A stretch of DNA of 50,395 nucleotides, from contig JAUWEC010000002.1 in NCBI GenBank assembly GCA_030608465.1, forward strand, positions 1-50,395. The letters run 5' to 3'. The DNA comes from Chloroflexota bacterium. GTDB lineage: Bacteria > Chloroflexota > Anaerolineae > Anaerolineales > UBA11858. Each line of letters starts with the position of its first letter. The first letter of the stretch is position 1. This document shows, piece after piece, positions 1-7,682 of this stretch. The notes beneath the pieces were generated by a model, which was given only the letters and a program-made list of their open reading frames with translations, had not been told where the DNA came from and did no database searches. The position numbers and the translations under genes were made by a program.

Positions 1-384
1 GCCCACGATTTAAGCGTGGTCGCGCATATATCCAAGCGGGTAGCCGTCATGTATCTGGGGCAGTTCGTTGAATTGGCTCCTACGGAAGAACTCTTCTATG
101 CACCAAAGCACCCTTATACCGAGGCTCTGATGTCAGCGATCCCAGAGGTGGATCCAGACCAGGAAATGGTTCCCGTTCACCTGGAAGGCGAAATCCCAAG
201 CCCGGTAAACCCGCCGTCCGGCTGCCGTTTCCATACGCGCTGCCCTCATGTGCAAGACATGTGTAAAACGGAAATGCCGCAGTGGCAGGAAATCGAAAAG
301 GGACGTTTCGTCGCCTGTCATTTCGCTGACACCCTGACGTTGAAAGGCGTGGATATGCCGGACGCGGTAGTTGCAGTGAACTGA
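1..384 (+). CDS. Oligopeptide/dipeptide ABC transporter ATP-binding protein, C-terminal part (5' end outside window)
   Basis: Frame 1 is open from base 1 ([21 protein letters not shown]...). The C-terminal Opp/Dpp-type extension is present, including [11 protein letters not shown]. Stop codon at 382-384. Confidence 0.85.
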   Translation, partial: AHDLSVVAHISKRVAVMYLGQFVELAPTEELFYAPKHPYTEALMSAIPEVDPDQEMVPVHLEGEIPSPVNPPSGCRFHTRCPHVQDMCKTEMPQWQEIEKGRFVACHFADTLTLKGVDMPDAVVAVN

Positions 385-413
385 CCAAAGCCCTGCAAGA
401 TGGAGAGCGTTCA

Positions 414-917
414 ATGGCTAAAAAGAACATTCTAGTTCCACTTACGAAATCGGAATCCAGCCGAACAATCTTGCAGCAGATCGAAAGTTTCTTTCCTGCT
501 CAAGACAGCAAGCTCATCCTGTATTATGTGACCAAACCACCCAAAGGGATGGGTTTCGCGGCCCCGGACTACCGCTACGACTATGTACTTGAATCCGCTG
601 GGGAACCCTTGGGACCCAAACCCCATCCGGTTTTCTCCAGTCAGGAAGAAGACAGCTTGCAAGCTGACGTGGAAGTCGCTTTGCTTTCTGTTACCAACAA
701 ACTAAAGCAACAGGGATACGATGTCTCCACCCAGGTTTGCTTTGGAACGGATGTTGTTGGCGAAATTGTGCGCATTGTGAAACGTGATAAGATCGATTTG
801 GTGGCCATGTCTACACGGGGGCGTGTAGGGATGTTGCGTTTCTTTTTTGGTGACATTGCTGAAAAAGTCATGCAACGGGTGGATATTCCTGTTTTACTGA
901 TTCAACCCAAGGAATAA
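414..917 (+). CDS. Universal stress protein (UspA) family
   Basis: 167 aa. The C-terminal motif DLVAMSTRGRVGMLRFFFGDIAEKVMQRVDIPVLLI is typical of the UspA nucleotide-binding fold. Confidence 0.8.
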   Translation: MAKKNILVPLTKSESSRTILQQIESFFPAQDSKLILYYVTKPPKGMGFAAPDYRYDYVLESAGEPLGPKPHPVFSSQEEDSLQADVEVALLSVTNKLKQQGYDVSTQVCFGTDVVGEIVRIVKRDKIDLVAMSTRGRVGMLRFFFGDIAEKVMQRVDIPVLLIQPKE

Positions 918-1032
918 TTTTAGACCTTATGCACTTAGAAAAGGAAAGGCAAAAAAAGGGTGCGAACGTTGGTTTACCCACACCCCTTATTTTATATTTT
1001 CCCCTCAATCTGCATAAATCCTGACTCACCAC

Positions 1033-2103
1033 ATGGGCATTAATCCATCAAGTAAATTCTCGCAGTTTATCAATATCAATTTACCAAAAACCGAGCCGAT
1101 CGTTTTTGACGCAGTAATCGCTCAGAAACTGTGTAATCGCATTGCCAGCATCCAGTTGCATGCCCATACCTATTCCCTCATCCACAACCTGACACACGGA
1201 TCGCTCAAACCAACCAACGCCCTGGAATTTGCTTACCAGCATGAATTAAACGGACTTAACATACACGTGGATGATGGGGAAAAACATAATCTTACCCACA
1301 GCACCAAAAAACAATTAGCCCAGTTTAAAGCAGATGCCCAAAGACTCAATTTAACCGTTCACCTGGAAACGAGCAGCACCCAGAAAGCGGATATCGACAA
1401 GGTTATTCACATAGCTAGAATGTTGGATGTGCAAAACATTCGGGTCTATTCCCGCTATGAAGGCACTTTATCGCAGGTCATGGAGCGGACGGTTTCTGAT
1501 CTTGTTTACATGTCTGAACAGGCGGACAGCTACGACTTGTTTTTCGATTTTGAACAGCACGAGGAGTTCAAGTCTACGGATATCGTGCAGATGTTGAAAG
1601 AAGTTGATCATCCCCGCATCAATGCCTTGTTCGACTTCACGAACATGATAAACGCTTACGAGCAGCCCTTTCCTGCCCTAAGAATAATGGCTCCTTATAC
1701 TCGTCAAGTTCATTTAAAGGGCGCAAAAGCAATCAAGGAGGGTGAAGGTTACGGGCAAGCGGGGGTGATACAGGGTTCAGCCGAAGATGAAATGCCCTAC
1801 GCGCGTATGTTGTATGAACTGCTGATGCTGGGGGAGACAAAACCACAAGTGATCTGTTTTGCGTTGGAGCAAGAGGTGAACTATTATGCCCCAGCTTATC
1901 GCTTCCCAGATGAAGGCGAAAATCCGATTATCCCGCATAGAGAACCCAGCGAAACCCCTTATAATGAAGCAGATGGCGAAAGGATATTGCTGAACGAAAG
2001 ACGCTGGGCAAACAACCAGGTAAATTTTATCAAGCGCTTGCTGGCAGAAATGCATTGGTTAGCGACCCTATATCTTGAAAATATTAATAAGGAGATTTCT
2101 TAA
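1033..2103 (+). CDS. Xylose-isomerase-like TIM-barrel protein (sugar phosphate isomerase/epimerase family)
   Basis: 356-aa ORF with no competing ORF. The pattern (LNIHVDDGE, NIRVYSRYEG, QVHLKGAK) resembles the AP-endonuclease-2/xylose-isomerase-like barrel family. Family assignment is by eye only. Confidence 0.5.
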   Translation: MGINPSSKFSQFININLPKTEPIVFDAVIAQKLCNRIASIQLHAHTYSLIHNLTHGSLKPTNALEFAYQHELNGLNIHVDDGEKHNLTHSTKKQLAQFKADAQRLNLTVHLETSSTQKADIDKVIHIARMLDVQNIRVYSRYEGTLSQVMERTVSDLVYMSEQADSYDLFFDFEQHEEFKSTDIVQMLKEVDHPRINALFDFTNMINAYEQPFPALRIMAPYTRQVHLKGAKAIKEGEGYGQAGVIQGSAEDEMPYARMLYELLMLGETKPQVICFALEQEVNYYAPAYRFPDEGENPIIPHREPSETPYNEADGERILLNERRWANNQVNFIKRLLAEMHWLATLYLENINKEIS

Positions 2104-2104
2104 A

Positions 2105-2917
2105 ATGAGTAACAAAGTTGTTTTAGTCCTTTCTGACGCCTTGCGCTACGACACAGCCGTAGCTGGTATGGGCTTTCTGGGGCATTTAGTCGAGATCAAA
2201 ACTGCCAGCCTCTACAAGGTGATCGGTGAAATGCCTTCCATCTCGCGCCCAATGTATGAAACGGTGCACACCGGGCTGCCGGTTACAGAACACGGCGTGG
2301 TCTCCAACCAGGTGGTGCGTCTTTCCGAAGTGCCCAATATCTTCCAGGCCGCGAGAGATGCTGGGAAAACCACCGCAGCAGCGGCCTATTATTGGTTCTC
2401 AGAGCTCTATAATAGTGCTCCTTACGATTTGATAGATGACCGTGAAGTGGACGACGAATCTTTGCTTATCCAGCACGGTCGTTTCTACGTTGAGGGGGAT
2501 TACCCGGACGCCGAGTTATTTGCTATGGCTGGGGCGTTGGTGCGGAAGTTTACACCTGACTACTTACTTATTCACCCAATGGCGATGGACACCTTAGGGC
2601 ATAAATATGGCGCGGATTCCAGAGAGTATCGCAACCATGCCGTTCACCAGGATATGATGTTAGCCAATTTGATTCCTGAATGGATGGAGGGCGGCTACAA
2701 TATCCTTGTCACCGGCGACCACGGCATGAACGCAGACCATGGACACGGTGGCACCACTCCTGATGTGCGCGAAGTACCGTTGTATCTCATTCGCCCCGGT
2801 GTGCCCGGAGCAGGGGATACCGGAGAGGTGCTTTCCCAACTACAAATCGCACCGACGGTGTGCAAATTGTTAGGCATCCCAATCCCGGAAACGATGAAAC
2901 AGCCGTCAATCGTTTAG
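2105..2917 (+). CDS. Alkaline-phosphatase-superfamily enzyme (type I phosphodiesterase/nucleotide pyrophosphatase-like)
   Basis: Start moved to ATG 2105, which has AAGGAG at 2089-2094; the track start at 2075 overlaps the upstream gene. VVLVLSDALRYD and TGDHGMNADHGHGG are metal-ligand motifs typical of the superfamily. Confidence 0.6.
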   Translation: MSNKVVLVLSDALRYDTAVAGMGFLGHLVEIKTASLYKVIGEMPSISRPMYETVHTGLPVTEHGVVSNQVVRLSEVPNIFQAARDAGKTTAAAAYYWFSELYNSAPYDLIDDREVDDESLLIQHGRFYVEGDYPDAELFAMAGALVRKFTPDYLLIHPMAMDTLGHKYGADSREYRNHAVHQDMMLANLIPEWMEGGYNILVTGDHGMNADHGHGGTTPDVREVPLYLIRPGVPGAGDTGEVLSQLQIAPTVCKLLGIPIPETMKQPSIV

Positions 2918-3095
2918 GAAAGAATAATATTTGATCATAGGTAAGGGACGTCCAGAAAATATTTATCCCACAATAAGCACGCGTTTCTCGAAACGTGAGA
3001 CTGGAAGATGTTTTCGTCACGGTTTGTGAGTCTCTCTTCACAATATTTAGGGCGCTAATATTATTAGAATTCTTTAAACTGAGCAGTTACTCAGG

Positions 3096-4241
3096 ATGAA
3101 CAAAATGGATATAGAGGACACGAAGAGTTCTATGAAGGTAGCCGTGATGGGGGGAGGTAACGCATCTCACACTATAGCAGGGGATCTAACCCTCAAAGGC
3201 TTGACGGTCAATATGTTCGAGATGGAGAAATTCGCACAGGCCATGCGAACTGTTTTCGAGACCCGCGAGATCGAGATGTCAGGGGTGGTCGGAACCGGAA
3301 AAGCCAGGTTGAACCTCGTAACTAGCGATATTCGAGAGGCGATTGCGGGGGTAGAGATCATCTTTATCCCCCTCCCCGGGTTTGCTGTCACTCCTTACGC
3401 AAAGATTATGGCACCTTACCTGGAGGAAGACCAAATCGTGTTAATCATTCCGGGGACCTTGGGGGCGCTTGAGTTCCGGTGGATGCTTTGGTCGAGTGGA
3501 TGCAAAAAAAATGTGATTGTTGGTGAAACAGGCGGGATGCCTTTTGCCGCCCGTGTCATTGCTCCTGGGCAAGTAAAAACTTTCCATGTCAGAGCGATTG
3601 TCGCTCTGGCAACCATTCCAGGAAATAAGGGCAACCTGGTATATGACAAGGTAAAAGGGTTATACCCATTTGCGCTGCGAAAGACCGTGATCGAGCCTGC
3701 GTTTGGCCACCTGACTCCTCTTCTTCACCCGCTAGGTTCCTTACTCAATGCCGGACGCATTGAAAGGTCCCACGGAGAGTTTTACATCTACGAAGAGGGG
3801 ATGACGCCTTCGGTGGTTAAAGTGATTGAAGAAATGGATCGAGAAAGGCTGGAGATTGGAGAAAAATTGGGGATTCAATTTCCAACGGGGGTGGAGATGA
3901 TGGTCGAATCTAAGTATGGTCCCCAGGGAACGCTCTGGGAATCGCTCAATGGCAGCGCCGGTCTTACGCCTGTTAAAGGACCGACTTCTCTTGAAAGCAG
4001 ATACATCACAGAAGATATTCCCTATAGCCTGGTTGCCTGGGCCAGTATAGGCCATTTGGCGGGTGTGAATACCCCAATCATGGATGCTGTTATAAATATT
4101 GGAGGGGCTATTATGGGAATTAATTGTTGGGAGGAAGGAAGAAATCTAAAGAAGATGGGCTTGGAAGGACTGACTTTAGAACAGACCTTGACCTATCTAG
4201 AAGATGGTAAACACCCAAATTTAGGAGAGAAAAATGTCTAA
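3096..4241 (+). CDS. NAD(P)-dependent opine (octopine/nopaline) dehydrogenase family protein
   Basis: Rossmann N-terminus MKVAVMGGGNASH. C-terminal helical domain motifs HPLGSLLNAGRIE and RYITEDIPYSLV. ATG 3132 is an alternative start. Confidence 0.65.
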   Translation: MNKMDIEDTKSSMKVAVMGGGNASHTIAGDLTLKGLTVNMFEMEKFAQAMRTVFETREIEMSGVVGTGKARLNLVTSDIREAIAGVEIIFIPLPGFAVTPYAKIMAPYLEEDQIVLIIPGTLGALEFRWMLWSSGCKKNVIVGETGGMPFAARVIAPGQVKTFHVRAIVALATIPGNKGNLVYDKVKGLYPFALRKTVIEPAFGHLTPLLHPLGSLLNAGRIERSHGEFYIYEEGMTPSVVKVIEEMDRERLEIGEKLGIQFPTGVEMMVESKYGPQGTLWESLNGSAGLTPVKGPTSLESRYITEDIPYSLVAWASIGHLAGVNTPIMDAVINIGGAIMGINCWEEGRNLKKMGLEGLTLEQTLTYLEDGKHPNLGEKNV

Positions 4242-5172
4242 AGGAGCAGCTTTTGGAAAAACAATCTTAATCGGCGACCAATTCGTACTGGAGGAAGTTC
4301 CAGCTATTGTCTCTGCAATTCCTTTCGAGACTGTTGCCGAGATAAAAAGAATTGATGGTGATGGCTGGGTTTTAGAAGACAACCGGGTCGAAGTGCCTGG
4401 CTACAAAGATAAGAAAAAAGACCAGCAGGTTGTCTCAATCAACAGAATCCTCGAAGTGATGAATATCGACGTCAAGAAAACTCCCCTCAAGATTACCTAT
4501 GGGGGTACGCTGTTAGCTGGAAGCGGCGTAGGCGCCAGCGCAGCCAGTTGCGTCTCTCTAGCGCGAGCATTGAATGCCGAGTTTGACCTGGGATACTCCA
4601 TCGAGCAGATTAACCATGTGGGCTGGGAGGGAGAATTTGCCTACCACGGCATCCCCAGCGGTGTAGACAACACCGCCTCCACCTACGGCGGTCTTTTGCT
4701 TTACTGGATTAAAGATGAAGAAACGCATTTCGAAAGTATCGCCGCAAAAAAACCGCTCCACATTGTGCTGGGCAACAGCGGTATCACCTCCAACACAGCT
4801 TTGTTAGATGACCATATCGAGCAAATGAAAGATAACAACCTGGCTTTGTTTACCTCCCGCAAAGACGCGATCACAGCCCAGGTCCATGAGATGAGGGTTG
4901 CCCTCGAAGCTGGTGACCTAGAAAAAGTAGGCGCCATAATGACGGCCAATCACGAGATGTTAATCGAAATGGGACTTTCCCATGAGATATTGATTAAGCT
5001 GTGCAACATGGCTCTGGAGATGGGTGCTCACGGCGCAAAAGTTACCGGCGGCGGCAGAGGCGGGTACATGAATGCTTTGGCTCCCAACAAAGAAATTCAA
5101 AGTGCCATCGCAGCTGCCATGGAAGCAGAGGGGTACAAGGTCATTCAGACCACAATTGGCGAAAATAAGTGA
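4234..5172 (+). CDS. GHMP-family kinase, mevalonate-kinase-like
   Basis: N-terminal GKTILIGDQFVL, motif II LAGSGVGASAA and motif III KVTGGGRGGY. The start overlaps the upstream stop by 8 nt, which suggests translational coupling. Confidence 0.7.
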   Translation: MSKGAAFGKTILIGDQFVLEEVPAIVSAIPFETVAEIKRIDGDGWVLEDNRVEVPGYKDKKKDQQVVSINRILEVMNIDVKKTPLKITYGGTLLAGSGVGASAASCVSLARALNAEFDLGYSIEQINHVGWEGEFAYHGIPSGVDNTASTYGGLLLYWIKDEETHFESIAAKKPLHIVLGNSGITSNTALLDDHIEQMKDNNLALFTSRKDAITAQVHEMRVALEAGDLEKVGAIMTANHEMLIEMGLSHEILIKLCNMALEMGAHGAKVTGGGRGGYMNALAPNKEIQSAIAAAMEAEGYKVIQTTIGENK

Positions 5173-5182
5173 TACCTGCTAG

Positions 5183-6457
5183 GTGACAATGGTGAATAAT
5201 CATCACCTATCACAAACCACGGAGCAGAACATGAGCAAACAGGACTTCCTCGAGGAAATCAGAAAGGGTATCACCCGAATGCGCGCGGCCGGTTCGGCCG
5301 TTACGCTTATTCACCACAATGATGCCGACGGTCTGACTTCGGCATCCGTGCTGCAAACCGCGCTATCGCGAGCGGGGTTTGCTGTGCAGCGGATTTGCAT
5401 CGAGCGAGTGCATCCCCCCATTGTAGCCCGCATTCACAAAGAATTCCCCTCCACCATCTTTTATGTAGACCTTGGGGGGCAGGCAGCCCCAGTAATTTCA
5501 GATGCCAACAACGGCAAGTGCACCACGCTCATTTTGGATCACCACAGACCCCACAAACCCACTGATCCAAAAGTGCTTAACATATCTACTGAATTCTTTG
5601 GATTATCCGGAGATATGGATATCTCGGCCTCTACCGCGGCCTATTTCTTCGCTTTAGAGCTGGATACAAGCAACCGCGATCTGGCTTATATGGGTGTGTT
5701 AGGCGCTGTGGGGGATGAACACGATCGGGAGGGGAGCTTGATCAAGGAGAACCGTGATGCCCTTATGGATGCCGTTGAGCAAGGTCATGTGCAGATTGAA
5801 GTGGACACCGAAGGGAAAGAAAAATATTCATTAACACGTTTTAGCGACTCGATCCCTATGGCTCCATTGGCGATATCCATAACGACCTTAGGGGGAGTAG
5901 GCTATTATTCAGGCGGACCTGACCTTGGAGTGCAGGTATGTTTAGAGGGTCTTTCCCCCGAAGCGCAGCACCGACTCGAGGAACTTCGCCTAACACAGAA
6001 GACGGCTTACCAGGAAACGACCGCGCGGCTGATGAGCGATGGATTCCGAGAAACAAAACACATCCAATGGTTTACGGTCGGAGACGACTTCTCTCCCATG
6101 GGTGTGAAAATCATTGGTGAATACTGCTGGGATATCCGCAATGAGGATTTTGTCGACCCAGAGAAATACCTCGTTGGCTTCCAAAATATGTCCCCGGAGA
6201 TTCCTAATTTAGGCACCTTTGATTGGTCTCAAACCAAAGTTTCTATGCGCCTACCCACGCCTTTAGAGAGAAAGATACTGGTCAACCGCACCATGCCGGG
6301 ATTGGCATATCTTGTTCCCGAAGCGGCCAGGCAGGTGGGCGGCTCTATTGATGCCTGCCATGACTATACTGCGGCAACGATCGTTGATATCGGCAGGGAA
6401 GAAGAGTTGATTACGGCAATGGACAAACTGGTGCAGGACGATCTATCGAAAAAATAA
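5183..6457 (+). CDS. DHH-family phosphoesterase
   Basis: DHH motifs HHNDADGLTSASVL and LILDHH. Start is GTG 5183 or ATG 5189, 11 nt after the kinase stop. Confidence 0.65.
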   Translation: MTMVNNHHLSQTTEQNMSKQDFLEEIRKGITRMRAAGSAVTLIHHNDADGLTSASVLQTALSRAGFAVQRICIERVHPPIVARIHKEFPSTIFYVDLGGQAAPVISDANNGKCTTLILDHHRPHKPTDPKVLNISTEFFGLSGDMDISASTAAYFFALELDTSNRDLAYMGVLGAVGDEHDREGSLIKENRDALMDAVEQGHVQIEVDTEGKEKYSLTRFSDSIPMAPLAISITTLGGVGYYSGGPDLGVQVCLEGLSPEAQHRLEELRLTQKTAYQETTARLMSDGFRETKHIQWFTVGDDFSPMGVKIIGEYCWDIRNEDFVDPEKYLVGFQNMSPEIPNLGTFDWSQTKVSMRLPTPLERKILVNRTMPGLAYLVPEAARQVGGSIDACHDYTAATIVDIGREEELITAMDKLVQDDLSKK

Positions 6458-6481
6458 TTAGATATATCAAATTTCCATTGT

Positions 6482-6695
6482 TATATCTTCGACCTGGACG
6501 GAACAGTACTTTTGAGACAAAATGCCATCCCCGTCACTCCAGAAATCATTGTCGATCTACAAAAACGCGGCTGGAGAGCGGATTTCCTTTCCAACAAACC
6601 CTTGCAGCTGTAAAAAAATATACGCTGAGAAACGAACCCGGTTGGGTATTCCCATTTCACCGGATGACATTATCAACTCATCGCTGGCGCTGTGA
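6482..6695 (+). pseudogene. Remnant of a HAD-IIA (NagD-like) hydrolase: N-terminal third only, frameshifted
   Basis: Frame 2 reads YIFDLDGTVLLRQNAIPVTPEIIVDLQKRGWRADFLSNKPLQL and stops at 6611. After an A7 run (6612-6618), frame 3 continues IYAEKRTRLGIPISPDDIINSSLAL and stops at 6693. The DxDGT motif and S/T-N motif II are present. There is no start codon and no C-terminal two-thirds. Confidence 0.7.
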
Positions 6696-6771
6696 GATAC
6701 AGATAACCAATCGAGGTTGAATTTCTTCACTTCCCCAGATAGAATAAAGGCATTATGTCCGAGGAGAAATA

Positions 6772-7626
6772 ATGAATAAGACTATTGCCTTGATCACCGA
6801 CAGCACCTGCGACCTGCCCCAGAATTTCCTGAGTCAATACAATATTGAAGTTGTCCCCTTGACTATTATTTGGGGCGAGGAGCAGTTTCGCGATGGGGTG
6901 GACCTGTCGCCGGAAGATTTTTACCAGCGGCTGGGAAAAGATCCGGTTATTCCCACCACATCCCAGCCAACACCACAGGAGATGGTCCAGGCATTCGAAA
7001 GCGTCAAAGAGAAAGGCGCGGATGAAATAGTGATCCTCACCATCAGCAGCGCCATGAGTGGTACAAACGAGTCTGCAAAAAAAGCTGCTGAGCTGGTGGA
7101 CATACCAGTGCATGTTCAGGATTCAAAAGCCAATACCATGAGCCTGGGGTGGCAGGTATTAGCCGCCGCCCGTGCCCGCGAAGCTGGAGGAGATGTCCAG
7201 GCGATGCTTTCTGCAGCGAAAAAGGCACGGGGCAGCATGGTCTTAATGATCAGCCTCGATACCCTGGAATACCTGCATAAAGGGGGGCGCATCGGCGGCG
7301 CAAGCCACTTTATCGGAACTCTATTGAACCTTAAACCGCAAATTACGGTCAATCACCACAGCGGTGAAGTGGAAGGTGGACGGCGTTCCCGGACCCGCAA
7401 AAAAGCGCTGATAGACCTTTACGCTGATTTTATTTCCCACATTGATTCCAGTAAAATCCTCCGGGTTGCCGTTCTTCATAACGCTGCACTTAAAGAAGCG
7501 GAAGAGACCGCAAACCGGATACAAGAAGAACTACAACCGGAGGAACTCATCCTTGGTATTGTCTCCCCGGTCCTGGGAGTGCATACAGGTCCTGGGGCAG
7601 TTGCGATCTGCGGCTACACAGAATAA
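6772..7626 (+). CDS. DegV family fatty-acid-binding protein
   Basis: 284 aa. N-terminus IALITDSTCDLP and the overall DegV pattern. GAGGAG RBS upstream. Confidence 0.85.
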   Translation: MNKTIALITDSTCDLPQNFLSQYNIEVVPLTIIWGEEQFRDGVDLSPEDFYQRLGKDPVIPTTSQPTPQEMVQAFESVKEKGADEIVILTISSAMSGTNESAKKAAELVDIPVHVQDSKANTMSLGWQVLAAARAREAGGDVQAMLSAAKKARGSMVLMISLDTLEYLHKGGRIGGASHFIGTLLNLKPQITVNHHSGEVEGGRRSRTRKKALIDLYADFISHIDSSKILRVAVLHNAALKEAEETANRIQEELQPEELILGIVSPVLGVHTGPGAVAICGYTE

Positions 7627-7682
7627 CCGGTGTTCCAGTTGTTTGATTCAACTATATAAGAACGGATTATTTTTTTCCTGAT

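Noticed and set aside
918-1032. Possible terminator after the usp gene (GGGTG...CACCC followed by a T-rich tract)
   Set aside because: The stem is only 5 bp and the loop is 18 nt, which is too weak to call.
6478-6720. 80-aa TTG-initiated ORF from the six-frame track
   Set aside because: It has no RBS and its composition is not protein-like. The same DNA in two other frames reads as a clear HAD-IIA N-terminal remnant, so this ORF is a frame artefact.
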